Source of the DNA: an uncultured delta proteobacterium
GTDB taxonomy: Bacteria; Desulfobacterota; Desulfobacteria; Desulfobacterales; UBA2156
Reading direction: 5' to 3'
Assembly (NCBI GenBank): GCA_963736855.1
Contig: CAVTQK010000006.1
Span: 79,328 to 143,327, forward strand
Length of the DNA stretch: 64,000 bases
Shown: piece by piece, positions 35,524 through 45,536 of the stretch
Layout: each line of letters starts with the position of its first letter
Position numbering within the stretch: the first letter of the stretch is position 1
Translations under genes and position numbers: made by a program
Notes under the pieces: generated by a model
Database searches by the model: none
The model's input: only the letters and a program-made list of their open reading frames with translations
Told to the model about the DNA's origin: nothing

Positions 35524-36663
35524 ATGGCTTATCGGGTTTTGGTTACCGGCGGTGCCGGGTTTATCGGCTCACACACAGTGGATGCCCTTATTCAAAAGGG
35601 AAATCAGGTGCGGATTCTGGATAATTTTTCGAAAAGGGTCCATCCCCATGGAATACCGGAATACCTGAATGCGAAAGCCGAATTGATGGTAGGAGATGTT
35701 CGCGAAAAGGGGGTCTGGGAAGAAGCGCTCAAGGGCATCGATGTGGTTTACCATTTTGCTGCATATCAGGATTACATGCCCGACTTTTCCACCTTTTTTC
35801 ATGTGAACGCCGTATCCACCGCTTTGCTTTATGAAGTGCTGGTGGAAAAGCGCATGACTGAAAAAATCAGGAAAATCATTGTTGCGGCAAGCCAGGCGGT
35901 CATGGGGGAAGGGCGCCACAGATGTCCCACCTGCCATCCCGAGGGGGGGCATTTCATCTATCCTTCCATCCGGCTGGAATCCCGGCTTTCTAAGGGAGAG
36001 TGGGATCACCAATGCCCCGCATGCAATACCGTCCTCCAATGGGTACCCTCTGACGAATCCGTGGTTCATCCCTGCAACCAATATGCGCTCTCCAAATATT
36101 CCCAGGAGCAGATCGCCCTGAATCTGGCAAAGCGATACGGCATTCCTTCCGTGGTTCTGCGCTATTCCATCGTTCAGGGAGAAAGGCAGTCCTTTTATAA
36201 CGCGTATTCCGGCGCCATGCGAATATTTGCCCTTTGCCTGCTGTTTGACTCAAGCCCGGTGATTTTCGAGGACGGACACCAGGTCCGGGACTTCGTCAAC
36301 ATCAAAGACGTGGTGGATGCCAACTTGCTGGTATTGGAAAATGATGCGGCAAATGGGCGCGTTATTAATGTGGGAGGCGGTATCCCCTGGACCATCCTCG
36401 ACTTTTATCGGTCGATGCAACAAACCCTTAAAAAGGACATCGAACCCCAGATTCCGGGCCGCTATCGGTTCGGAGATACGCGACATATCGTCTCCGATAT
36501 CACCCGTCTCCAAACCCTGGGATGGTCGCCTCGACGCACCGTCAAAGACAGCATCAGGGCTTACTGGTCCTATATTACCGGCGAAAAGGCACAAAAAGAG
36601 GTTTTGGAATTCGCCGAACAGCAGATGAAACAAATGCAAGTCATTCGGGAAGTTCAACACTAA
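35524..36663 (+). CDS. NAD-dependent sugar epimerase/dehydratase (extended SDR) with an inserted Cys4 zinc-ribbon
   Basis: Rossmann motif VLVTGGAGFIGSH begins at ATG 35524 (ORF-track start 35200 overlaps the kinase). Catalytic YALSK. CPTC...33 aa...CPAC is inserted just before it. Confidence 0.8.
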   Translation: MAYRVLVTGGAGFIGSHTVDALIQKGNQVRILDNFSKRVHPHGIPEYLNAKAELMVGDVREKGVWEEALKGIDVVYHFAAYQDYMPDFSTFFHVNAVSTALLYEVLVEKRMTEKIRKIIVAASQAVMGEGRHRCPTCHPEGGHFIYPSIRLESRLSKGEWDHQCPACNTVLQWVPSDESVVHPCNQYALSKYSQEQIALNLAKRYGIPSVVLRYSIVQGERQSFYNAYSGAMRIFALCLLFDSSPVIFEDGHQVRDFVNIKDVVDANLLVLENDAANGRVINVGGGIPWTILDFYRSMQQTLKKDIEPQIPGRYRFGDTRHIVSDITRLQTLGWSPRRTVKDSIRAYWSYITGEKAQKEVLEFAEQQMKQMQVIREVQH

Positions 36664-36678
36664 TGCGAGGTTTCTCAA

Positions 36679-37263
36679 ATGGATATCAAAGCCTTTGCGG
36701 ACCGTTATCTTGCCGAGCTTTCGGATGTGCTATCCGCCTTTAACAAGGAACAATTCGACAAGCTGACCCGGCTCATCCTGGAGGCTTATGATCTCAATCG
36801 GTGCATCTTCATCATGGGAAACGGGGGGAGCGGCGCAACAGCATCCCATTTTGCCTGTGATATCAACAAGGGGTGCTGCATGGATGTGGAAAAAAAATTC
36901 AAGGTCATCTGCCTGAATGACAACATCCCCACTCTTCTGGCTTACGCCAACGACTTATCCTACGACAGGATTTTCGTGGAACCGATGAAGAACTTTTTCA
37001 GCAAGGGGGATGTGGTGATCGGGATATCGGCAAGCGGAAATTCAGAAAATGTCATTAAAGCTATTGCTTTTGCCAATGAAAATGGCGGAAAGACTGCGGG
37101 TCTGTGCGGTTTTTCTGGAGGCAGGCTGGCTCAGATGGCGCATGTTCCTTTCGTGGTTCGCGTGGACGACATGCAGAAAGTGGAAGATGTCCACGTCATC
37201 GTCATCCACATGATCATGCAGGCGGTCTATGCGGAGCTGCATCCGGAGAACGGACTTCGATGA
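36679..37263 (+). CDS. gmhA: SIS-domain phosphoheptose isomerase (GmhA-like)
   Basis: IFIMGNGGSGATASHFACD and GISASGNSENV motifs; 194 aa. Confidence 0.75.
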   Translation: MDIKAFADRYLAELSDVLSAFNKEQFDKLTRLILEAYDLNRCIFIMGNGGSGATASHFACDINKGCCMDVEKKFKVICLNDNIPTLLAYANDLSYDRIFVEPMKNFFSKGDVVIGISASGNSENVIKAIAFANENGGKTAGLCGFSGGRLAQMAHVPFVVRVDDMQKVEDVHVIVIHMIMQAVYAELHPENGLR

Positions 37264-37787
37264 AACATGAGGCGCTTGTCCGGAAATGGTATGTGCTCCA
37301 TACCAAAAGCCGTTTTGAAAACGTCGTCACCGAAGGCCTGACGAAAAAATCGTTGGAAGTCTTTCTTCCAAAGATTCAGGTTCAAAGCAGACGCAAAGAC
37401 CGAAAGCTCCTAATCCGGGTTCCCCTATTTCCCGGATATGTCTTTGTAAAAACCGACTTAAACCCTTATCAGCATCTGGAAATCGTCAAGACGGTGGGGG
37501 CGGTCCGACTCATCGGGAATAAAACCGGACCGGTTCCAGTTAGGGATGAAACGGTGACTTCTCTTCAAATCATGATAGCCACCGATCATTCGATTTCCAC
37601 AGGGAGTCGTCTGAAAAGAGGAGACCGGGTCATGGTGGTAAATGGACCCTTTACCGGGGTGACCGGCATCTTCATCCGTTACAAGAGCCAGAGCCGGGTC
37701 GTGGTCAATATCGAGGCGCTTGGCCAGTATGCCGCCGTGGATGTAGATCAGGACGATGTGGAAAAGATCCCCCATTTCATTCCTTAA
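37260..37787 (+). CDS. NusG-paralog transcription antiterminator (RfaH/UpxY/LoaP-like)
   Basis: The start ATG overlaps the gmhA stop (ATGA). NGN domain WYVLHTKSRFENVV...PLFPGYVFVK and a KOW motif GDRVMVVNGPFTGVTGIF. Confidence 0.75.
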   Translation: MKHEALVRKWYVLHTKSRFENVVTEGLTKKSLEVFLPKIQVQSRRKDRKLLIRVPLFPGYVFVKTDLNPYQHLEIVKTVGAVRLIGNKTGPVPVRDETVTSLQIMIATDHSISTGSRLKRGDRVMVVNGPFTGVTGIFIRYKSQSRVVVNIEALGQYAAVDVDQDDVEKIPHFIP

Positions 37788-37859
37788 ATCTTGCCTTATT
37801 GCCCTTTTTCTTTTAGACTGTCTCCCGTGGTTTGACATCGGAAACCAATTTAAGCAGAG

Positions 37860-38951
37860 ATGGTGATCTCGTCGATGGAACCTGATTTTGACATCTTGAA
37901 ACACCAGAAGCATGCGAACCGCCTTCTCGGGGCTTTTCTCAAAAGCGGCCATATCCCCCACGCCCTCCTATTCACGGGAATCGAGGGATCGGGTAAAAGA
38001 GACGCCGCTTTTGCCTTTGCCATGGCCTGCAACTGCGAGGAGTCCCCGACAGACTGGGTTCAAGGCTTAAAAAAAACCGTCTTCGGACCGATTCCCTGCG
38101 GTTGTTGTCTGCCCTGCCGCAAGATCGTTTCGGGGAATCACCCCGATATGATCCTTCTTGCCCCTGAACAATCAGTGATCAAGATCGCCCGGATCCGCCA
38201 ACTCAGTCACGAACTCTCTTTAAAAGCCTATGAAGCCAAAAGACGCGTTGCAGTGATCGTCGATGCGCCCCGGATGACACCGGAAGCTGGGAATGCCTTG
38301 CTCAAAATGCTGGAGGAACCTCCTCCTCAGACACTTTTGATTCTTACTGCTGTTCAGCGTTCCGATCTGCTCCCGACTCTGGTTTCCCGCTGCCACTCCA
38401 TACGGTTCCACCCCCTCCCGGAGAGTCATATTGCCGCCGTCTTGCAGAACCGTCTCGGCCTTTCCGCGGAAGAGGCCGATGCACTGGCTCCTATGGCCAA
38501 CGGGAGCCTGTCACGGGCACTTGCCATGGCGAACAGGGAGGCTGGTGCCTCAAAGTGGCTGAATCGCAGGGAGGCGATTATTTCCGCCTCCGGGTTAGAT
38601 CACCCGGAAACGTTCTCTTTCGAGCCGCTCACCTTGTCCCTGGCCTTTGCAGAGCGGCTGTCTGACGAAAAGGAGCGTATCCCAGAGGCCCTCGAAATTC
38701 TGCAATGCTACCTTCGGGACCTCATAGCGCTTCGATGGACGTCACCCTATTTATTCAATAAAGACTTGACCCAAGAGATGCAATATGCTTCACAACATAC
38801 CCGTCTGGAAGTGCTTATAACGCAAATTGAAGCGATTCAGCGGGCTCAAAGAAACCTTACGGCCAACGTGAATCCCAGGCTGGCATTGGAAACCATGATG
38901 ATTCATCTTCGAAACGCCTGTCATGAACAAGATTGTCGGAATCCGTTTTAA
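37860..38951 (+). CDS. holB: DNA polymerase III delta' subunit
   Basis: HALLFTGIEGSGKRDAAFAFAMACNC, a Cys cluster CGCCLPCRKI, and VIVDAPRMTPEAGNALLKMLEEPP. Confidence 0.85.
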   Translation: MVISSMEPDFDILKHQKHANRLLGAFLKSGHIPHALLFTGIEGSGKRDAAFAFAMACNCEESPTDWVQGLKKTVFGPIPCGCCLPCRKIVSGNHPDMILLAPEQSVIKIARIRQLSHELSLKAYEAKRRVAVIVDAPRMTPEAGNALLKMLEEPPPQTLLILTAVQRSDLLPTLVSRCHSIRFHPLPESHIAAVLQNRLGLSAEEADALAPMANGSLSRALAMANREAGASKWLNRREAIISASGLDHPETFSFEPLTLSLAFAERLSDEKERIPEALEILQCYLRDLIALRWTSPYLFNKDLTQEMQYASQHTRLEVLITQIEAIQRAQRNLTANVNPRLALETMMIHLRNACHEQDCRNPF

Positions 38952-39747
38952 GCCGACCGGGAAGGTCTATCATTTTGATTGCGGAGCCTTCGTGCTACAT
39001 GAAAAGGACTCGGTGATCGTCGAAACCGAACAGGGTCTCGAACTGGGCACTGTGGTGGTCGCTCCCTTTACTCGCGATGAAGACTTTTCGGGCAAACCTT
39101 TGAAAAAGGTGTATCGACTGGCCGTGGAGAACGATTTCAAGCAACTGGAACAAAACCGGGAAACAGAAAGGCGCGCCCTTGCCTTTTGTTTGAACAGCAT
39201 CCTAAACTTGGGGCTTTCCATGCATCTATTTTCAGTGGAAAGTAATTTCGACGGCAACAAGCTGACCTTCTTCTTCACCGCGGAAGGGCGTATCGATTTC
39301 CGCCAGCTTGTGAAAATGTTGGTAAAAGAACTCGGTACCAGGGTGGAAATGCGTCAGGTCGGAATTCGGAATCAGGCTAAGATGTGCGGCGGGATCGGGC
39401 GCTGTGGAAGGATGTTCTGCTGCTCGAATTTTATCGAGAAGTTCGAGCCGATTTCCATACGTATGGCCAAAGAGCAGGGGCTGTCCCTCAACCCAACCAA
39501 GATTTCCGGGCAGTGTGGCAGATTGATGTGCTGTTTAACCTTCGAAAACGAAACCTATTTGGAATTGAAAAAAGAACTCCCGCCCATCGGCCATACGGTG
39601 AAGACCGCTCGAGGAGAAGGAAAAGTGGTCCGCCACAACATCATTTGTGGCCGCATGGTCATTCAAATAGCCGACGGCCAGGAAATCGAAATTCATCGAG
39701 ACGAAATCCAAGAAACAGAAAAGAGGTACAACAAAATTGACATCTGA
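38923..39747 (+). CDS. ricT: PSP1-domain protein (RicT/YaaT family)
   Basis: MNKIVGIRFKPTGKVYHFD start and a PSP1 C-domain with CGGIGRCGRMFCCSNF...CGRLMCCL. It follows holB, as in many bacteria. Confidence 0.75.
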   Translation: MNKIVGIRFKPTGKVYHFDCGAFVLHEKDSVIVETEQGLELGTVVVAPFTRDEDFSGKPLKKVYRLAVENDFKQLEQNRETERRALAFCLNSILNLGLSMHLFSVESNFDGNKLTFFFTAEGRIDFRQLVKMLVKELGTRVEMRQVGIRNQAKMCGGIGRCGRMFCCSNFIEKFEPISIRMAKEQGLSLNPTKISGQCGRLMCCLTFENETYLELKKELPPIGHTVKTARGEGKVVRHNIICGRMVIQIADGQEIEIHRDEIQETEKRYNKIDI

Positions 39748-41662
39748 ACCTTTTTACGTCACCACCCCTATTTATTATGTCAATGCCCGGCCACACTTGG
39801 GACACGCCTATACGACTCTTGTTGCGGATGTCCTGTGCCGGTACCAACAAATGAAGCAAAAGGAGACATTCCTTCTGACCGGCACGGATGAACACGGCGA
39901 CAAAGTGGTCCAAGCCGCAAAGGCGGAAAACGAAAGCCCCAAGGATTATGTGGATAAAATCAGCGGCCTTTTCCGTGACCTATGGCCGAAGCTGAACGTA
40001 CGGCACCACGACTTCATCAGAACCACGGAGCCCCGGCACATTGCGGTGGTGGAACGTGTGCTTCAAAAGATCTACGACGCCGGCGATATCTACTTCAGCG
40101 AATACGAAGGCCTCTATTGTTTTGGGTGCGAACGTTTTTATACCGAACATGAACTTAAAGACGGCAAATGCCCGGATCATGAAACGGAGCCCGAACGAAT
40201 TAGAGAGCATAATTATTTCTTCAAGATGAGCCGGTATCAGGGATGGCTCATCGATCACATTCAGTCCCATCCCGATTTCATCCGTCCGCAGCGGTACCGA
40301 AACGAGGTCCTGTCATTTCTGAAAGAACCCTTAGAGGACCTGTGTATCTCCCGCCCCAAGACCCGCCTGCAATGGGGCATTACGCTGCCGTTCGACAATA
40401 ATTACGTCACCTATGTCTGGTTCGACGCTCTCTTGAACTATGTGTCCGCACTGGGATACCCCGACGGTGAGCGTTTCTTGAAACTCTGGCCCCATGCCCA
40501 ACACATCGTTGCCAAAGACATCTTAAAGCCCCACGGCATATACTGGCCTACTATGCTCAAGGCCGCCGGAATCCCGGTCTACCAGCACCTCAACGTGCAT
40601 GGATATTGGAACGTGGACCAAAGCAAAATGTCCAAAAGCCTCAAAAACGTCATTGACCCCCTTGCCTTGATTCAAAGCTATGGACTGGATGCTTTTCGAT
40701 TCTTCCTCATGCGAGAGATGGTCTTCGGGTTGGATGCCGGCTTTTCCGAGGCGGCTCTGGTCGCCCGCATCAACTCCGATTTGGCCAACGACTTGGGTAA
40801 TCTGTTTTCAAGAACGTTGGCCATGGCCCACAAATACTTCAAAGGACGCGTTCCGGAAGTCTCACTCGAAGCCCGGCATGAAATAGGATTCAGCATTGAA
40901 AAAAAAGCAGGGGATACCGTTTCGGAATTTGAAGCGGCCATGGAATCCTTTGCCTTCCATAAAGCCCTCATGGCGGTCTGGGAATTTATCAACCAGTTGA
41001 ACAAATACATCGACGTCACGGCTCCCTGGATACTGGCTAAGGACCCTTCCCAACACGACCTTCTTGCCGCAGTCATCTCTAACCTGTTGGAAGGACTGTA
41101 TGTCATATCGGGCCTGATCTATCCGGTCATGCCGAAAACAGCTCAAACCATGCAAAAACATTTAGGGCTGGAGCCCGATGCCCGGTTTTTCGACCTTGAT
41201 CGGATAGGCCCGTTTAACCGGATACGCTCCGGAACTCATCTTCCTAAAGCGACTGCCCTTTTTCCGAGGATCGACACGGAGAAAAGAAAAAACCAAGGAT
41301 CCGACGAGACCCATCCGGTCGTAGCGTTGCAAGCCGTCAAACCTGAGATTGACATAGAAACCTTCCGTAAGCTTGACCTTCGGGTAGTCACCGTCTTGAA
41401 GGCCGAATCGATCCCTAAGGCCAAGAAACTTTTAGCGCTGGAAGTCGATATGGGAGAAATACGGACCGTAGTATCGGGCATCGCCCAAAGCTACAAGCCG
41501 GAAGACCTCATCGGCAAACAGATCGTTATGGCAGCCAACTTAAAGCCGGCTAAAATCATGGGAGTGCTTTCCAAAGGGATGATGCTGGCCGTCGCAGACG
41601 GAGATCATGCCGTCGCCCTGACCGTGGATAAACCGGTCAAGGCGGGGACTCCCGTCACTTGA
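39737..41662 (+). CDS. metG: Methionyl-tRNA synthetase with C-terminal tRNA-binding (EMAPII-like) domain
   Basis: HIGH as PHLGHAYT, KMSKS intact, a zinc knuckle CFGCERF...CPDH, and a C-terminal LDLRVVTVLKAESIPKAKKLL domain. Confidence 0.9.
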   Translation: MTSEPFYVTTPIYYVNARPHLGHAYTTLVADVLCRYQQMKQKETFLLTGTDEHGDKVVQAAKAENESPKDYVDKISGLFRDLWPKLNVRHHDFIRTTEPRHIAVVERVLQKIYDAGDIYFSEYEGLYCFGCERFYTEHELKDGKCPDHETEPERIREHNYFFKMSRYQGWLIDHIQSHPDFIRPQRYRNEVLSFLKEPLEDLCISRPKTRLQWGITLPFDNNYVTYVWFDALLNYVSALGYPDGERFLKLWPHAQHIVAKDILKPHGIYWPTMLKAAGIPVYQHLNVHGYWNVDQSKMSKSLKNVIDPLALIQSYGLDAFRFFLMREMVFGLDAGFSEAALVARINSDLANDLGNLFSRTLAMAHKYFKGRVPEVSLEARHEIGFSIEKKAGDTVSEFEAAMESFAFHKALMAVWEFINQLNKYIDVTAPWILAKDPSQHDLLAAVISNLLEGLYVISGLIYPVMPKTAQTMQKHLGLEPDARFFDLDRIGPFNRIRSGTHLPKATALFPRIDTEKRKNQGSDETHPVVALQAVKPEIDIETFRKLDLRVVTVLKAESIPKAKKLLALEVDMGEIRTVVSGIAQSYKPEDLIGKQIVMAANLKPAKIMGVLSKGMMLAVADGDHAVALTVDKPVKAGTPVT

Positions 41663-41717
41663 AACCCACAATCGGCAACATGCACAGCTGGATTTAAAAC
41701 GATTTAGCCTAAATCTC

Positions 41718-43139
41718 ATGAAACCCGAACTCTCCAAAGAAAAACCCATATTGACCCCATCACCCCGTCAAACCTGGCAGGACTATCAGGCCGAATTGAA
41801 ACGCCGGAATATCCGCAAAAGACACACCCGCAGGTTGGTTCGGTGTGTCATGTTCCTGCTGGTCCTTGCAGCATCTCTTTACGGTCTGTCGGTAAGGATC
41901 GATGGATTCTCCGGCACTCCGAAAGATTTTTCCGAACCAAAGCCGAGCCTTGCTCTCTCTGATCCGTCAGATTCCCAAGCGAATAAAACACCGGATTTGG
42001 ATATTAAGAAAAACAATTGGACGGCCTTGTGGAGAAACCCGTCGTCCTTAAAAGAAATACGACCTCAATGGACCTTCCATCAAGACGGCAAGCGCTTTTC
42101 CGTGGAAACTACACTAAACGCTTCCCTGCAGCACTTTTTGAATGATAAGATAGATCGAAAATTACCGAAACAGGTCGCCGTAGTGGTCGTAGAGCCTTCA
42201 ACCGGACGTATCTTGGCCCTTGCAGGGCACGACCGGATCAATCCTACAAACAACCCGTGCTTGAAAAGCGACTTTCCGGCAGCCAGTATTTTCAAAATCG
42301 TCACTGCTTCGGCCGCTGTTGAAAAACACGCTTTTAAACCCGAGACCTCGTTTTTCTACAACGGACAAAAACATACTCTGTATAAATCCCAGCTAAAGAA
42401 CACCAGGAATAAATACAGCCATTGGATCACGTTACGGGATTCCTTTGCCCAATCCATCAATCCTATATTCGGGAAATTGGGTATTTATCATCTTGATATG
42501 TCTGAAATCGAAAATTATGCCCGGGCATTCGGATTCGGAGAAGAAATCGAATTTGAGTTGGGAAAGTTCCGAAGCAGTCTGTTCGTTTCCGAGGAGCCTT
42601 ATCATTTGGCGGAGATTGCCAGCGGATTCAACCGGAAAACCACCCTCTCTCCATTGCACGGAGCCCTCATCGCATCGGCTGTCCTCAACGGCGGGAGGTT
42701 CATGTCGCCGTCACTCATCGATCGGGTCACCAACGGGGACGGCGAAACGGTTTATCAGGGTCATACTTCCCAGATCAGCCAAGCGATATCTCCAAGCACC
42801 GCATCGGTCCTCTCGGATCTCATGCAGGCCACCATCCGATCCGGAACCTCCCGTAGAGCCTTCAGCGGTTACCGTTATGACAAGGTGTTGTCGAAGCTGA
42901 TCATCGGAGGAAAAACCGGTTCAATTTCCAACATCACCCAGACTTCCAAATATGACTGGTTCGTCGGCTTTGCCAAGGAAAAAGGGAGGGCGGAAAGCAT
43001 CGCCGTCTCGGTGCTCGTGGTTCACGGAGAAACGCTTTCCAGGAGAGCCGGATCTTATGCGCGGATGGCCATTAAGGCCTATTATGAGGAGCATTTCAAT
43101 GGAAAATCGGCCGTTTCCAATAATAAAAGGCGTTCCTGA
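41718..43139 (+). CDS. Penicillin-binding protein, transpeptidase domain with N-terminal membrane anchor
   Basis: TM segment VMFLLVLAASLYGL. SxxK (ASIFK), SxN (SIN) and KTG (GGKTGS) motifs. Confidence 0.75.
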   Translation: MKPELSKEKPILTPSPRQTWQDYQAELKRRNIRKRHTRRLVRCVMFLLVLAASLYGLSVRIDGFSGTPKDFSEPKPSLALSDPSDSQANKTPDLDIKKNNWTALWRNPSSLKEIRPQWTFHQDGKRFSVETTLNASLQHFLNDKIDRKLPKQVAVVVVEPSTGRILALAGHDRINPTNNPCLKSDFPAASIFKIVTASAAVEKHAFKPETSFFYNGQKHTLYKSQLKNTRNKYSHWITLRDSFAQSINPIFGKLGIYHLDMSEIENYARAFGFGEEIEFELGKFRSSLFVSEEPYHLAEIASGFNRKTTLSPLHGALIASAVLNGGRFMSPSLIDRVTNGDGETVYQGHTSQISQAISPSTASVLSDLMQATIRSGTSRRAFSGYRYDKVLSKLIIGGKTGSISNITQTSKYDWFVGFAKEKGRAESIAVSVLVVHGETLSRRAGSYARMAIKAYYEEHFNGKSAVSNNKRRS

Positions 43140-43185
43140 TGCGGTATCAAGCCCATAATCTAAAAAAAGTTTGAGGAGATAGAAT

Positions 43186-44376
43186 ATGCCCGGATTTGAA
43201 CGGTTTGATGATGCAGAGAGGAAAGAAGTCCAGGAAGTCCTTGAAACCGGCGTTTTGTTCCGTTACGGATTCGATTCGGCGAGGCGCGGCCGGTGGAAGG
43301 CTCTTGAATTCGAAAGGGCTTTTGCCAAACGACTGGGAGTCGGGTTCTGTTACTTGTGCTCCAACGGGACGGCCTCCCTCAGCATCGCCCTGGCATCCTG
43401 CGGCATCGGCGCCGGAGACGAAGTCATCGTCCCACCCTTTACCTTTGTAGCCACCATTGAAGCGGTCCTTCTTGCCGGAGCGATACCGATCTACACCGAA
43501 ATCGACGATACCCTCTGTCTGGACCCCGATGCCGTTAAAAAGACCATCTCCAGCCGCACAAAAGCGGTTATCGTTGTCCATATGTGCGGCGCCATGGCCA
43601 GAATCGATGAGATTCAGGCCGTATGCCGTGAACATGATGTGGTGCTCATCGAGGATGCCTGCCAATCCGTCGGCGCCACTTTCCAAGGTCAAGCCATAGG
43701 CACCTTCGGCCACATGGGATGCTTTTCCTTTGACCCGGTAAAGACCATCACCTGCGGGGAAGGAGGTGCTGTGGCTACCGACGATGAGAAGCGGTACCGG
43801 ACGGCCATGGCCTTTGCCGATCACGGGCACGATCATTTGGGAACCGACCGGGGCCGCGAGGGGCATCCGATCTTGGGAACCAATTTCCGTATCAGCGAAC
43901 TCAATGCAGCGGTGGGCCTGGCCCAGTTGAGAAAACTCGATACCTTCCTGGAGTTACAACGGAGACATAAACATCAGCTCTTGGAAATGATGGGTGCATT
44001 CCCCCGTATCACACCCCGGTACATCCCGGATAACGCCGGGGATTCGGCCACTTTTCTTTCTTTCTTCCTTCCAAACGAGGAAAGCGCGCGGAAAACCGCA
44101 TGCGCATTGGCGGAAAAAGGAGTTGATGGATGTTTTTACTGGTACGACAACAACTGGCATTACCTAAAACAATGGGACCATATCAAGAGGCTTAAAGCGC
44201 CCGCAAAGCTGCCTATCAGACTCATCGAATCAAGACCGGACTATCAGAAGATTCATCTTCCCCGTTCGGACAGCATCATGAGCTGTATGATTTCCATGCA
44301 GATCAAGCTCTCCTGGACCGAAGAGGATATCCAAAAAAGAATGGATGCGATGGCTGATATATTTTCCAAAATTTGA
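43186..44376 (+). CDS. DegT/DnrJ/EryC1/StrS-family PLP aminotransferase
   Basis: GDEVIVPPFTFVATIEAV, IEDACQSVGA, and FSFDPVKTITCGEGG (PLP Lys). Confidence 0.8.
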   Translation: MPGFERFDDAERKEVQEVLETGVLFRYGFDSARRGRWKALEFERAFAKRLGVGFCYLCSNGTASLSIALASCGIGAGDEVIVPPFTFVATIEAVLLAGAIPIYTEIDDTLCLDPDAVKKTISSRTKAVIVVHMCGAMARIDEIQAVCREHDVVLIEDACQSVGATFQGQAIGTFGHMGCFSFDPVKTITCGEGGAVATDDEKRYRTAMAFADHGHDHLGTDRGREGHPILGTNFRISELNAAVGLAQLRKLDTFLELQRRHKHQLLEMMGAFPRITPRYIPDNAGDSATFLSFFLPNEESARKTACALAEKGVDGCFYWYDNNWHYLKQWDHIKRLKAPAKLPIRLIESRPDYQKIHLPRSDSIMSCMISMQIKLSWTEEDIQKRMDAMADIFSKI

Positions 44377-44462
44377 CGAGGTATCTCTACCTAATTCCGG
44401 GGAGCACTCAGATCGGATAATTTAAAACACCGACAATTCGAAAACGACAAGGACTGACAATC

Positions 44463-45530
44463 ATGTTTCGAAACTTTAAAACAGTCTCACGGGTGCTCTA
44501 TGGCCGTGGCAGCTTCGATCAGCTGGAGGATATCCTTCGAGAAAAACGGAAGGAAAATGGATCTTATATCGTCTTTATGGTGGATGAAGTATTCAAGGAC
44601 CAACCTTTTCAGGACCGTATTCCCGCCCTTGAAACGGACCGGGTCATTTTTATCAACGTTAAGGAAGAACCCACCACCGATTATGTCGATGATCTGACTC
44701 TCAGAGTTCAGCGTCTTTCTGCAACGCCTCCGAACGGAGTCGTGGGAATCGGAGGGGGAAGCACCATGGACCTGGCAAAGGCCGTGTCATTGATGCTGAC
44801 CAATCCCGGATCGGCAGCCGACTACCAGGGTTGGGACCTCATCCGAAACCCCGCGGTTTACCATGTGGGAGTGCCGACCCTTTCAGGAACCGGAGCGGAG
44901 GTATCCCGAACCACCGTGCTGATCGGTCCTCAACGAAAACTAGGGATCAACTCCGACCATACGGTTTTTGACCAGATCCTCCTCGACCCGGATCTGATCG
45001 CATCGCCACCGGCCGATCAACGATTTTATACCGGGATGGATTGCTATATCCATTGTGTAGAATCCCTGAGCGGAACCTATTTAAATGCCTTCAGCAAGGC
45101 CTACGGTGAAAAAGCCATGGCCCTTTGCCGTGAAGTCTTCCTGACACCCACCACCGACGCGGATGAAAAGTTGATGATGGCATCTTATTTCGGAGGTATG
45201 AGTATCGTTTATTCACAAGTGGGTGTCTGTCACGCCTTATCCTACGGTCTTTCTTTCGTACTGGGGATCCACCATGGCATCGGAAATTGCATCGTCTTCA
45301 ATCGGCTTGAAGAATTCTATCCCGAAGGTGTTCGCGAATTCAGGCGGATGATGGATTTCAACGGGATCTCTTTGCCGGAAAATCGGGTCTCCGGCATCGA
45401 GGTTCAAAAACTGGAAAAGATGATCGACGTCTCTTTAACACTGGATCCCCTTTGGGAGAATGCGCTGGGAAAAACCTGGAAACGCGTTATGACCCGGGAT
45501 CGGATCAAAGAACTGTATTTACGGATGTAA
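44463..45530 (+). CDS. Iron-containing (group III) alcohol dehydrogenase family protein
   Basis: GIGGGSTMDLAKA nucleotide motif and metal-ligand His clusters (DCYIHCVES, CHALSYGL...HHGIGN). Confidence 0.75.
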   Translation: MFRNFKTVSRVLYGRGSFDQLEDILREKRKENGSYIVFMVDEVFKDQPFQDRIPALETDRVIFINVKEEPTTDYVDDLTLRVQRLSATPPNGVVGIGGGSTMDLAKAVSLMLTNPGSAADYQGWDLIRNPAVYHVGVPTLSGTGAEVSRTTVLIGPQRKLGINSDHTVFDQILLDPDLIASPPADQRFYTGMDCYIHCVESLSGTYLNAFSKAYGEKAMALCREVFLTPTTDADEKLMMASYFGGMSIVYSQVGVCHALSYGLSFVLGIHHGIGNCIVFNRLEEFYPEGVREFRRMMDFNGISLPENRVSGIEVQKLEKMIDVSLTLDPLWENALGKTWKRVMTRDRIKELYLRM

Positions 45531-45536
45531 ATCAAA

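Noticed and set aside
43147-43866. 239-aa ORF on the minus strand
   Set aside because: It is entirely antisense to the DegT aminotransferase, whose frame carries clear PLP-enzyme motifs. The antisense translation is Gly/Ala/Asp-rich with no motif. This is a typical shadow ORF.
43186-45530. Reading DegT plus the ADH-like gene as a 2-deoxystreptamine (aminoglycoside) core pair (aminotransferase plus DOI synthase)
   Set aside because: The second gene has the GGGSTMD motif and His ligands of iron-containing alcohol dehydrogenases rather than dehydroquinate/DOI-synthase features. No glycosyltransferases are nearby.
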